A stretch of DNA of 64,000 bases from Trypanosoma brucei (Eukaryota): the NCBI GenBank assembly GCA_000002445.1, contig CP000069.1, forward strand, positions 1,088,001 to 1,152,000. Reading direction: 5' to 3'. This document shows, one piece after another, positions 38,346 to 48,744 of the stretch. Made by a program: the position numbers and the translations under genes. The notes under the pieces are model-generated. The model worked only from the letters and a program-made list of their open reading frames with translations, did no database searches and was not told where the DNA came from. How positions within the stretch are numbered: the first letter of the stretch is position 1; each line of letters begins with the position of its first letter.

Positions 38346-40518
38346 CATAAAATAGGCGTAAACATTTTTTTAAAAATGACTCAGTAATGCATCCACCAAC
38401 ATTTCACTTACTCCTTCTTTTCACCAGATGCCTGCTGCTGTTGTTGCTCACCCTGACCTTCTGTGCTGCTGCTACCAGAGCTACCGCTGTTCGCTGCTGC
38501 CGCCTGTTGGTACTCCGTGCGACCACATTCCATCACTGCCTTTTGCAGTTTGTCAGTAGAAGCCGACAGTTCATCCTTCGTCACGTTTGGATTCTCCATC
38601 ACCTTGCGAAGTTCAGCCAAAAGGGTACGCACATTCTCCTTCTCAGCGTCCGTCACGTACTTCCATTCCGTCAGTTGTCGCTCAGCAGTGTTAGCCTGAG
38701 TCTCAGCATTGTTACGCACTTCCACAAGCTCCCGCTTCACACGGTCAGCTTCAGCGTGCATCTCAGAGTCGCGGATCATGTTCTCGATCTGCTCCTTCGT
38801 CAACCCACCATGAGCAGTAATGGTGATGTTCTGTGTTTTCCCAGTTGCCTTGTCCTTCGCAGTTACGTGGCAAATACCATTAGCATCAATGTCAAATGTC
38901 ACCTCAATTTGTGGTACACCGCGTGGTGCAGGAGGAATTCCAACGAGGTCAAACTGACCCATCATTTGGTTGTCAGATGCCATTTCTCGTTCCCCTTGGA
39001 ACACTTTGATTCCGACCTGTGTTTGGTTGTCCGCAGCAGTTGAGAAGGTTTGACTCTTCTTCGTCGGGATTGTTGTGTTCTTGGGAATCATACGTGTGAA
39101 GACACCACCAAGTGTTTCGATTCCAAGTGATAGTGGTGTAACGTCAAGCAATACAAGACCCTTCACATCACCACGGAGAACACCACCAAGTGTTGCAGCA
39201 CCCAGTGCAACGGCCTCGTCAGGGTTCACACCACGGAACGGTTCGCGACCGAAGAACTGCTTCACAGCCTCCACAACCTTTGGCATACGCGTCATACCAC
39301 CAACAAGCACAACCTCAGAGATTTCCTTCAGGTCAACAGCAGCGTCCTTGATGCATTGCTTGCACGGTCCAAGTGAACGTTGTACGAGCTTATCAGCAAG
39401 GGACTCAAACTTGCTGCGGCTCACCATCATCTGCACGTGCTGCGCTCCGTCCTGGTTAGCTGTGATAAACGGAAGGTTTACCTCCGTCTCCATCGTCGTC
39501 GAAAGTTCACACTTCGCCTTTTCTGCAGCCTCACGAATACGCTGCAGTGCCATCCGCTCCTTGCTCAAGTCAATTCCAGATGTCTTGCGGAATTCCTCCA
39601 GAATGTGATCAGAGAGGCAGAGATCAAAGTCTTCTCCACCAAGGTGAGTGTCGCCATTCGTTGCCTTTACCTCAAAAACACCTCCGGCAATTTCAAGTAC
39701 GGAGATATCAAATGTTCCACCACCAAGATCATACACGGCAATTAAGCTGTCCTTCGTTTTGTCCAAGCCATATGCCAGTGCAGCAGCAGTCGGTTCATTC
39801 ACAACACGGATCACATTCAGTCCAGCAATCGTACCGGCATCCTTCGTTGCCTGACGTTGCGCGTCATTGAAGTACGCGGGGCACGTCACCACAGCGTTAG
39901 ATACTTTGCGTCCCAGGAAGTTTTCTGCCGTTTCCTTCATCTTCTCAAGTACGAATGCACCAACTTGTGAAGGTGAGTATTGCTTCCCATTCCCATCTTG
40001 CACCCACGCATCACCATTATTGCTCCGAATAATCTTGTAGGGCACATTCTTGATGTCGTGTTGGATGTGCTCATCATCGAAGCGACGACCAATCAGCCGT
40101 TTCACCGCGAAGAATGTCGACTGTGGGTTCGTAATCGCCTGACGTTTCGCTGCAAGGCCAACAAGTTTTTCCTGTCCTTTGAACGCAACCACAGACGGTG
40201 TCGTCCTGAAACCCTCTGTATTCTCAAGTACGCGTGGCCGGTCACCTTCCATTACTGCAACACAACTGTATGTCGTACCCAAATCAATACCAATCACGTC
40301 ACCAGTTACCTTCGATGACTGCCACCGCGCAAACGGGGCAGACGCCAGGCACATGGGTGCGCATACACGACGGGCCAACATTTTATTACTTCACAAACTA
40401 CTTCTTACCTTAGAAATACTTTACCACTTACCAACTTATCTATTAAACCGATAAGAAGAAGCATTGAGTGGGAGAATGTTTTTTTTTTTAAACAGCTTTA
40501 GAACTTTGTTCAATAGTT
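38346..40518 (-). repeat. mtHSP70 repeat unit, copy 3 (dispersed copy carrying both the copy-1-type 3' flank and the copy-2-type extended 5' flank)
   Basis: Its 3' flank at 38346-38407 matches 24831-24892 of copy 1. Its 5' flank at 40382-40518 matches 29426-29562 of copy 2. It is separated from the tandem pair by four unrelated genes. Confidence 0.85.
38408..40381 (-). CDS. Mitochondrial-type HSP70 (DnaK-like), copy 3 of 3
   Basis: A 657-aa protein identical to copies 1 and 2. At the three polymorphic sites it carries G (38585), G (38870) and A (40370). It therefore matches copy 1 at two sites and copy 2 at one. Confidence 0.95.
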   Translation of the reverse strand: MLARRVCAPMCLASAPFARWQSSKVTGDVIGIDLGTTYSCVAVMEGDRPRVLENTEGFRTTPSVVAFKGQEKLVGLAAKRQAITNPQSTFFAVKRLIGRRFDDEHIQHDIKNVPYKIIRSNNGDAWVQDGNGKQYSPSQVGAFVLEKMKETAENFLGRKVSNAVVTCPAYFNDAQRQATKDAGTIAGLNVIRVVNEPTAAALAYGLDKTKDSLIAVYDLGGGTFDISVLEIAGGVFEVKATNGDTHLGGEDFDLCLSDHILEEFRKTSGIDLSKERMALQRIREAAEKAKCELSTTMETEVNLPFITANQDGAQHVQMMVSRSKFESLADKLVQRSLGPCKQCIKDAAVDLKEISEVVLVGGMTRMPKVVEAVKQFFGREPFRGVNPDEAVALGAATLGGVLRGDVKGLVLLDVTPLSLGIETLGGVFTRMIPKNTTIPTKKSQTFSTAADNQTQVGIKVFQGEREMASDNQMMGQFDLVGIPPAPRGVPQIEVTFDIDANGICHVTAKDKATGKTQNITITAHGGLTKEQIENMIRDSEMHAEADRVKRELVEVRNNAETQANTAERQLTEWKYVTDAEKENVRTLLAELRKVMENPNVTKDELSASTDKLQKAVMECGRTEYQQAAAANSGSSGSSSTEGQGEQQQQQASGEKKE

Positions 40519-40948
40519 GTTGATATATGTTATTGCTTTCTGTTGTTTTTTTTTAATTTAGTTGTGTAGATAAAAAAATTGTGACACATACTTGGAAAAT
40601 AGTATCTTATTTGTTTTCCTTGGCAGTCACTAGTGTAACGTTGTTTTTCTTGTTAAGCTTAACAGGTTTTAACGTTATACTGTGTTACTGCACGAACAAG
40701 CATTGAAAGAATAATTCTTTTTTTTCTAAGTGACTGAATTTTTTCTTTTTCCAACTGCCTTACCATTCATAAAGAGGTTGTGGAAACTTTTTGTTCGTCT
40801 CTTTGTGGCGGTGTGTTTCGGTACAAAATTGTTTCAAGCACCCCACTTCTGACCTGTGAGCAACTGTTGTATTAAACGCTCCTTTACTTGTAATTGTTTC
40901 ACCTGTTTTGGTGACATCACTTGCTCTTCAAACTCTTTGTTGTTATTT

Positions 40949-42319
40949 TCACAACGCTCGAATAAGGAAGATTTTCTTCTCGTTTACCACTTCAAAATAT
41001 GGGGAAATTCCTTCATGGTAGAGCTGCAGCACGCGGCTCCAATACGACTCACCTCCTATGATAGTTGAGAGAACAGACTGTGCACGTAGCTGCCTTTCTT
41101 CCACCTGCGCAAATTGAGAGATCGCCGTATAGCAGTAATTAAAAACAGCCTGCAAGTGGGCCGCCTTTTCCAACCGATAAGTGAGATTATGTCCCTCGTT
41201 ACTGGGATCCAAGACGCTTATTTGCGCATTGGGGTGCACCTTACTCGTTGGTTCTCTCAAGCCACGTGCTGTTACAGAGTGAGAAAACATGTCAAAATTT
41301 GCACAGAACCCATACGTGAGGAAAAAATCCATCAGCAACCTGCCAGTGTCAGGTGTGTCGTTGGCATCGTATGAATTAAAAATAGCTACAAGCATTGTGG
41401 CAACTGCTTCGCTATTCAGTGCTTCCGGATTCGTGCCTGTGTCATCGAGGATTTTGTTTTGTCTAAGTAAAGCGTCGAGGAGGAGAAACGTCTGCCGACA
41501 TGCCTCGTTCGACGCGACAGCGGAGGCGAAAAGCCTTGATGCCACTTCCACCCTGCATGCCTCAGCTCCATATCGTACGTTCATTCGCAGACCGGACCGA
41601 CTGTCAGTAAGTAGTAGACACATCACATTCCGATAGTCATAGCAAAATTCCAACTGGAACCCTGCGTTATTGGTGATACTCTGCAGGTGCATCTGCGTGT
41701 ACTGTTTTGCATCGGGTGTCACAACCGTGTTTTTGGCATAAAAATGAAGTGTCATGTCCTTCAGCGGGGGTAACCCAGCAGCCGTTGTTGACATCGGATG
41801 CAGCTCCGCGGTCGGCCATAGCTCCCGCAACATAGCCGTGACTGAGGTGACGACAGCCTCGTAACAGTAGAGTTCCAATGCTGTTGGACGTAAGAATGAT
41901 GAAAATAGCCTCACTTCCTCAGTTACTGTATCTGGCACACTCATGCCGATACACCATGGGGGATGCGGCCGGCAGGTGCGGGCCAGTGTCTTTAATAATG
42001 GTCTGGTCGCAACCAGCACCACATTTGTTGTGTCTATGGCCTGCTCATGAGACACTGTACAGGCTGGGGTGGAACGCAAGGTGGAGCGGCGCGAGCTCGT
42101 TGAGCTGGAGGGGCGGCGCATTTTGCGGAACATATTCGGCGTTCCAAGACTTCCAATATTAGCCTGAGACCCGCCAAACGACACCGGAGTAAACTGTTCC
42201 CTACGGTCACTTGGTTGAGCATAACCTGAAGGTACTGGTGACGATATTGAAGCCTGCCTCCCGTGTTGCTGGGAGCCGCTGTTGGCAACTCTCTCAGCAT
42301 CGTCTACAGGACCAAACAT
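40949..42319 (-). CDS. Nucleotidyltransferase-fold protein (Cid1/TUTase/non-canonical poly(A) polymerase-like) with an apparently degenerate catalytic motif; putative pseudo-enzyme
   Basis: MSTTAAGLPPLKDMTLHF aligns with the pol-beta NTase signature FGSxxTGLxLPxSDIDL, but the second Asp of DxD is replaced (DMT). A PAP/OAS1 substrate-binding-like segment LLMDFFLTYGFCANFDMFSHSV matches the PAP-associated consensus (compare LLLGFFEYYGxxFDYxxxVISI). The first 55 codons of the ORF, from 42484, are hydrophobic and low-complexity, so the Met at 42317-42319 (MFGPVDDAERV) is preferred. Confidence 0.45.
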   Translation of the reverse strand: MFGPVDDAERVANSGSQQHGRQASISSPVPSGYAQPSDRREQFTPVSFGGSQANIGSLGTPNMFRKMRRPSSSTSSRRSTLRSTPACTVSHEQAIDTTNVVLVATRPLLKTLARTCRPHPPWCIGMSVPDTVTEEVRLFSSFLRPTALELYCYEAVVTSVTAMLRELWPTAELHPMSTTAAGLPPLKDMTLHFYAKNTVVTPDAKQYTQMHLQSITNNAGFQLEFCYDYRNVMCLLLTDSRSGLRMNVRYGAEACRVEVASRLFASAVASNEACRQTFLLLDALLRQNKILDDTGTNPEALNSEAVATMLVAIFNSYDANDTPDTGRLLMDFFLTYGFCANFDMFSHSVTARGLREPTSKVHPNAQISVLDPSNEGHNLTYRLEKAAHLQAVFNYCYTAISQFAQVEERQLRAQSVLSTIIGGESYWSRVLQLYHEGISPYFEVVNEKKIFLIRAL

Positions 42320-43401
42320 CCGCACAAGTGCAACTCCGGGTGCTTCCAGTATCCGATGTATATTTCCAAACAGCGCGAGAGAAATGCAGATATAGAAAGC
42401 GGAGAAGAAAAGGCAAGCATTCAGACAGATCACCAATTGTACGTGTTTATGTTGCGAAAAAGAAAAGAAGACGGAATTAACCATTGTGATGTTAAACAGA
42501 GGAAGTGAACAAATTTATTATCTGCTGTTGCTTAATATTGATATTTGCAATCATAATAAAAGGGGTTTCCACTTCATTAGAGTATCGCATCACGATGTGC
42601 TTCACCTACTTCGCGTCCCCTTCATTTTGTGTACTCCCAACGTGCGCCAACCATCACCAAACCCCTTCATGAGGAAACTGCAGTGGAGGCTCACTAATGT
42701 CCAAAGTGTATCCTACAATAAACGAAACAAACAAACAAACATAATAGTAGGAGTAAACGCCTCTTCAGTATTTAGTTTGTACACCAACATAATGAGACAA
42801 GGAATTGCGTGCCGGATACCTCCTCCCACAACCATTCCATTCACTCAATCACACATAAATGAACACAAATACTTTTGCATCCGATTAATACTCTACTCTA
42901 CTACAACTCTTTATTGCCTCACCAACTGTGATGTTGAATCGATGGCGACGAAAGTTGATGACGGCTAAACCGTGTTAACGACAAAATCATCAGCTTCATT
43001 GAAATAACCTTCAGTGAAATGAGAGATGAATGGTGAAGAAAAGAAGCACATATACATTTTCTGTAGCGGCACGCAAATATGTTAACCGGAAGGACGCTCA
43101 TCTCTGCAAGACAACGAAAAAAGAAATGAAAAGTAACATACAAAAATAGACAGCACATTAACTCGCTTCTTCCTTCATTGTCCCAATAACTAATTGACAG
43201 AAAGCAACCTGTTAATGCAAACACCAAGGGTATGGAAAAAAAAAATTGTATAAATCATACATGTACATAACCAACAAGACGAACTGCTGCACGAAAACTC
43301 CGAAGAGAAAATACAGGGGAGACAACAACGCAAGGACTTCATTTTTACTCTCTCTTTTTTTTGTCTAACTAAAAAAATAAAACATAAAACATCTGCTATC
43401 A

Positions 43402-45945
43402 CTATAGCGTACATCCCTCCGGTTGCAGTGGCGACCGACGGATCACCGGCGCTGAACCCAAAACGCTAATGATGTCACGAAGTCGTGCGGCATGTATGTC
43501 TGCGAACGTGCTTTTGCTCATTGACTTTTCGGACAGTTCCCTCAACACTGGCCTCGGTGTAAGCGGCTCGACTTCCATGATCGCTTTGTTAACATTGTCA
43601 TATGTAATTACATTCACTCCGCCTTCCTGGTCCACACGCTCCGAGTACAATGTGAGGCGCTCAATTAAGTTGCAGTAGAATAAAATGGCGGATGCACATT
43701 CCTGATCGAAGAAGGTGGACATGAACTTCCCACTCAAACTAATTAGACCTCCCACATCGTGAGTTGTGTCGACACCCAAAGCCTCCTTTAAAAGGGCTAC
43801 ATCCTTCTCTGTTTTCAATTGTAAAACAGGTGCAATGCAGTCAGCGACAGCAGTGCGACGCAGCCGTGACCGTTTCTGCGCCGTAGCAAGTTCCTTCAAT
43901 TCCGTTCGCACATTTTCAATGATAGCTATTACATCACACGCCAGTCGACTCGGGTATATGCCATCCAAAATTCCCGTCAACAATTTAAGTGAAGGTCGGC
44001 ACCGCTCTCTGCTACGCGCAATGTAATCCATGTTGATGGCGAGGTGCTCCGGTTGCGTGAACTTTTCCAACCCAGGCCTTGTTTCAATAACAGAATTAAG
44101 GTAGTGCAAGTAGATTTTTGGGACGTCGATTGTGGGAAGGAGAACGTCCGGGTGCTCAACCAGTGTGCTGGAGAAGAAGTCGTGAACAATTGAAAGCACT
44201 GTCATCTGATCCAACTCAACGTAGGGCACGACGCCGGCTGCGCACAGATGTACCGGATTGTTTTTATTCTGACACCGACCTATCATGGGGGGATGAGGTG
44301 TTTCTACTTTCATGGGAACCATTGCCCGTCTGTCCACTTCATTCGAAAGGGAGTGGATCTGTTCAACAAGGAAGTCTACCTGAAGCACCGTTTCAGTCAT
44401 ACCTGGAACCACAGATGTTATAGCCTCGTCACCTTCAAGCGGGAGAGCTCGGACAGATTTGACGTATTCCTTCAACGCAGGGACCTTTTCATGGACTTCA
44501 TCCCACTTGGGCCGAGGAGTCATTACATCGCGCTGAATGTCTGCATTAAGAAGTTGCGCATTTTCCTCCTTTATGGCTTTAAACTTCCTTCCCATAACAT
44601 CCACCTGCATTCCCCTAACAGCGGCAGCCCGACGGTTGTGACGACCAGCGGCTTGGGCTGCTTGCAGTTCAGCCATCAGTTGTTCCTTCACGATGTTGTG
44701 ATCGGTAATGGAGATAAACTGGCTGTATTTTTCCTTGAACTCCTCAAGCTCACTTTGAGCTTCACCCGCCATGATTTTGAACTCACTCAGTTCGTCAACC
44801 TTGCTCACCAGGTCCTGATACTCCTTCTCTACCTTTTTCGCTCGCTTGTCACTTTCCCGCAAGGCGGCAATCAGCACAAGCACCTTCTCAAGGTGATCCT
44901 TGTTGGTTTCTTCTAATTTCTGTATCGTTGCATTGGCGCGAAGAAGATTCCTTTCCATTTTCTTGAAACCTTTCAATGAGCGGCGACCTGGTTGAGGCAC
45001 CACAATAGGTGCCGTATCTCCTTCCTCTGTTACCTCGTCGTCACCGTCATCTTCGAGTTCATCACGTACCTCTTTTAGTTCTGCAGTAAGCCGAGTGATG
45101 GTTGAGTTCAATTCTTGCACCTCCATCCCTCGCTGAGCAACCACACGCTCCTGTCTCTGTCGCTCATTCATAGACTCAATTAGCATTGCGGCCTGTTCTT
45201 GAATAACACCATCGTAAGCCGACATAATATCGTTCAAGATTTGGCTATACGCGGGGAACGCATCAATGAGTACAAAAAGTGCCTCACGAAAAGGTCGAAG
45301 GCGACTTTGGGCTGTGCAAACGCCTCCTTCATCAACGGCCACACTTACTTCTTTCTGTAGGTACTGCGCCAGCGTTGTAGCAAGAGGCGGTGGATCTCGT
45401 CCAGAAGACATAAAGGAGTTCATTGTTTGTGCCATGCCGCCGCCAGTCTCTAGAAAAGATGTAGTTGCTGCCCCCCACTTAGTGTCCGTAGACTTTGACA
45501 GCATACTTTTAAGGGATTTGAAACTTTCAACGCTCCCTTGAACGGGTTTCCGAGGGCTGCAGCGATTACTCGAACTTTCACCAGGGAGCGGCTGAACAAT
45601 TTTTCTCCCCGTCCTTCCCCTGACGGGTTCTTTTATCGGGATGCCCTTGCGGCTGCCGGTGTTACCCGATGCGGCCGCTGCGTCGTTGGTACCAGTGTCT
45701 GCTCCTTCTGCCGTCTTTTGGCGATTTAAAGCACTTTTAGTGTCCTTAAGCCCACCTTGCAGCACTCCTAAGTTGTTTGGATTTGCGGGCCAGGCTGCGG
45801 TTCCTCGTTTGGATTGAAGAAGCGGGTTATATGGTAAGGTGGGCAAATGCATTCCACTGTTCAGTGCCGCTGACGGCATGCAGGGTGATGTCATGTACAA
45901 CACCCCCTTAACTGGCATTGTACCAGAATAAACGGAGGATTCCAT
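43402..45945 (-). CDS. Hypothetical protein with a central coiled-coil region
   Basis: A long minus-strand ORF, 896 aa in total and 847 aa from MESSVYSGTMPVKG at 45943-45945. The central part (ITRLTAELKEVRDELEDDGDD...LLRANATIQKLEETNKDHLEKVLVLIAALRESDKRAKKVEKEYQDLVSKVDELSEFKIMAGEAQSELEEFKEKY) is coiled-coil-like. No enzymatic motif was recognised. Confidence 0.55.
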   Translation of the reverse strand: MESSVYSGTMPVKGVLYMTSPCMPSAALNSGMHLPTLPYNPLLQSKRGTAAWPANPNNLGVLQGGLKDTKSALNRQKTAEGADTGTNDAAAASGNTGSRKGIPIKEPVRGRTGRKIVQPLPGESSSNRCSPRKPVQGSVESFKSLKSMLSKSTDTKWGAATTSFLETGGGMAQTMNSFMSSGRDPPPLATTLAQYLQKEVSVAVDEGGVCTAQSRLRPFREALFVLIDAFPAYSQILNDIMSAYDGVIQEQAAMLIESMNERQRQERVVAQRGMEVQELNSTITRLTAELKEVRDELEDDGDDEVTEEGDTAPIVVPQPGRRSLKGFKKMERNLLRANATIQKLEETNKDHLEKVLVLIAALRESDKRAKKVEKEYQDLVSKVDELSEFKIMAGEAQSELEEFKEKYSQFISITDHNIVKEQLMAELQAAQAAGRHNRRAAAVRGMQVDVMGRKFKAIKEENAQLLNADIQRDVMTPRPKWDEVHEKVPALKEYVKSVRALPLEGDEAITSVVPGMTETVLQVDFLVEQIHSLSNEVDRRAMVPMKVETPHPPMIGRCQNKNNPVHLCAAGVVPYVELDQMTVLSIVHDFFSSTLVEHPDVLLPTIDVPKIYLHYLNSVIETRPGLEKFTQPEHLAINMDYIARSRERCRPSLKLLTGILDGIYPSRLACDVIAIIENVRTELKELATAQKRSRLRRTAVADCIAPVLQLKTEKDVALLKEALGVDTTHDVGGLISLSGKFMSTFFDQECASAILFYCNLIERLTLYSERVDQEGGVNVITYDNVNKAIMEVEPLTPRPVLRELSEKSMSKSTFADIHAARLRDIISVLGSAPVIRRSPLQPEGCTL

Positions 45946-47062
45946 GATGTTAACAGAAACGGCTTTTCCCGCACCTTCCTGTGCAATATTTCCTATGAAG
46001 AAAGTTTCAAGTTTAGCGGGTTGAGTAGGGAAAATAGGGAGGTAGAACGAATAAAGAAGAAAAGGATATTTCTTTCCCCCTTTTTTGCCCAAAAGCCCAG
46101 AGCGGAGTTACCCTCTGGAAGCGCCTTTCTCCTTCTATGCAACACTACATTTGTAATCATAATATGGGAACAAGAAGCAAACGGTATGAAAGCAAAGCGA
46201 GAAGGAAACGGTTAAGCATATGAATAAGAAACGAGACAAAGTAAAACAAGATTAAATAGCAACAAAAAATAATAAAAATAAAACACAGTGGTTACATGAT
46301 CTGCATTTTTTTTTCTGGATGGTATTAAGTGCACGTAATTTAAAAAAAAATAATACGATAGCACTACAGGATCATATTCGAAAAGAAGAAAAGGAAAATA
46401 AGCTCACCACCTTCTCAACGAAAGAAAGGGGTTTTAAATAATAATAATAGTTATTATTATTATTATAGTAACGGCGGGAGAGTTGTTCACGCTTACAAGA
46501 GCATATGTATACAAGAGAGAGGTGAAAAAAGGGAAAATATAAAATATTAAAAAATGGTAAGATAAAAATAAAGATAACGTATGGAGATGATGAGCATAAA
46601 AATGACGCGGACAATCCGAGAAAAAAGAAAAAAATAAGCGATGGGTTGTCATTTTAATATTATTTCAAAAGAAGCGTTATTTGTCATTATGCAACATCAT
46701 ATATACACTCAATGAAGCATATGTTTCGCTTACAGAAAGAATAAATAAAGAACTCACGTCAAAACGAGTCACTAATAAAGAACGGCATAGTTAAACCCTT
46801 TCCCACTAATATTTTTTTTCTTAAAAAAGAAAAAAATACACCCGACCGCTCTTTTTATTTTATTTTATTTTTTGCACCTATGGATCGTTTGTACCGAAGA
46901 AAAAAAAAAGAGGCAAATCCACAGATATTAGATTCTGGACACACCCTTTTGCATGAAACCACGCTGAAACGATTACAATTAGCCATTCGAATGCGTAAGC
47001 ACTTTATGTGCATCTATATGATGGACCTGAAGGTGACAACAAAAGTTAACCAACATTTAACG

Positions 47063-47082
47063 ATCTCTCTCTCTCTCTCTCT
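47063..47082. repeat. (TC)n microsatellite
   Basis: Direct reading: tctctctctctctctctctt. Confidence 0.9.
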
Positions 47083-47235
47083 TTGTGTAAGGAATAACCA
47101 ATAAATAAAACAAACGAGGATTATTACAAAAGTGTGCAATAAAAAGAAAGAAAGAATCAACCGTTTTCACTCAGGTAGCAAAAATAACAACAGCTGTAAC
47201 ACTGACAAAAAAACAGTGATGTCATAAATAGTTAC

Positions 47236-47255
47236 ATATATATATATATATATAG
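47236..47255. repeat. (AT)n microsatellite
   Basis: Direct reading: atatatatatatatatatat. Confidence 0.9.
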
Positions 47256-47394
47256 ACTTCAATGGCTTAATGCCCGTTAAGTTCGAAAAGGAATCTGTTT
47301 TTTTGACATCTTCATACAAATACACCGCACTTCCATAAAGTTTCGTTCATGCACGACACACCACAAAAGAAGCGCAAATGGAGAACTGTTGCCA

Positions 47395-48744
47395 TTACCG
47401 CACCTCAAATATTCCCCATATCAAACCTCCTTCATTCCTATTAATGAGTTTCAATGTTTCCTCGGCATCGTAGGCACCCTCCTCATGTTTGAGCGTAGTG
47501 GCTGAGTTTCCAGTGATCTCTCGAATCCTCAGTTTCCCTTCACGTACTTTTCCAACACGAGTGAAGACAAGCGGCTGATCCATTTGGTCCCTTTCCTCTT
47601 CCAGAATAGTACGGTACATCACACCCAGTTTTGCCTTTAGATGTTTTTCAGGTGTCGTTGCATCGTTTCCTACGTGCCGTAGTTCCTTCTTCGCCTCCTG
47701 CAATGCACTGCAGTTTATAAAGCCACCATAGTTAGAGAAATCCACAGGTTCTAAAGTTTCCTCTTGCATTTGATATTCAAAGGCGCGATAGCACCGCTCA
47801 ATAATGTCGTTGGGATTTAGATCCTGTGCACCAACAAGATACACTTCATGTTGGAATGGAGACAGAATGCTTTCGATGATTGGGCTCACCTTACTATACG
47901 AGTCACGCGGAACCGCCCCCAGCTGATCACCAATCCACTGAAAGGATACTACACGTGTCATCCGGTGGCCTTTAACACACAATGTAATGCGAAATAGGCC
48001 GAATAACCATAAGGTATGCGGTAGGTTGCGCACAAGTTCATACACACCACCATTTCCCGCATTCCTTAAGCACAACTCAACAGGGTTGGCTGCGAATGTC
48101 ACCCAATTCAGTGAACCAAGTCGGTTTCGCACTGCGTTAAGTACCCTCTCCACAGTCCCCGATACTACGCAAGTGGAAAAAGGTACGGAGTGCTCCATCA
48201 TTAATGAATCCGTACTCGTCATTCCATCATCACCATCACCATACTCCATATCAACGCTTCCTCTACTACCTCGACTAACTGACGAAAGTTCCACAGAACC
48301 GAGATGTGGTGGGAAACTAAAATAAAAGCTTCCTTCCTGTTCCTGAATCCGTTGCTGGAACTCCTTTATGATCTGTGCTATGGAAAAGTTCCCCAAATCA
48401 GAGACGAATACTGTCCGCATGCGCTCGACAAGATGATGAAGTGAAAGAGAAGATTTCTCCGTCACTGTTATACCCGCTGATCCCTTTAATTTATCGCGAA
48501 AGCTATTCATATATGTGAGGCACCGCCCACGCTTCACATTCCCACACTCGGGTCCGATGAACATCACTGAGATAAACTTGTTGCGCTTGAATGTCCCCTT
48601 TCCAATGGGAAAACGTGCATAAAGAAGTTGTACTTTCCTCTCATCCAATAATTCAAACCCCTTTTCAATATCTTCACCACTTCTAGCCACACATACGACA
48701 TTCGTCTCTATTCTACCACCGTTGCTATTGTTTTCCAGTGGCAT
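47395..48744 (-). CDS. ADF-H (coactosin/twinfilin-like actin-binding) domain protein with a long C-terminal extension
   Basis: The N-terminal about 110 aa from MPLENNSNGG... contain LLYARFPIGKGTFKRNKFISVMFIGPECGNVKRGRCLTYMNSFRDKL. This resembles the ADF-H core of coactosin (FAFVRFTTGDAMSKRSKFALITWIGENVSGLQRAKTGTDKTLVKE). The remaining about 340 aa have no recognised motif. An alternative upstream start lies at 48804. Confidence 0.45.
   Translation of the reverse strand: MPLENNSNGGRIETNVVCVARSGEDIEKGFELLDERKVQLLYARFPIGKGTFKRNKFISVMFIGPECGNVKRGRCLTYMNSFRDKLKGSAGITVTEKSSLSLHHLVERMRTVFVSDLGNFSIAQIIKEFQQRIQEQEGSFYFSFPPHLGSVELSSVSRGSRGSVDMEYGDGDDGMTSTDSLMMEHSVPFSTCVVSGTVERVLNAVRNRLGSLNWVTFAANPVELCLRNAGNGGVYELVRNLPHTLWLFGLFRITLCVKGHRMTRVVSFQWIGDQLGAVPRDSYSKVSPIIESILSPFQHEVYLVGAQDLNPNDIIERCYRAFEYQMQEETLEPVDFSNYGGFINCSALQEAKKELRHVGNDATTPEKHLKAKLGVMYRTILEEERDQMDQPLVFTRVGKVREGKLRIREITGNSATTLKHEEGAYDAEETLKLINRNEGGLIWGIFEVR

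Noticed and set aside
24893-40381. Identical HSP70 copies as an assembly duplication artefact
   Set aside because: Each copy carries its own distinguishing synonymous SNP pattern and distinct flanking sequence, and copy 3 is embedded between unrelated unique genes. A pure assembly artefact would give perfectly identical units.
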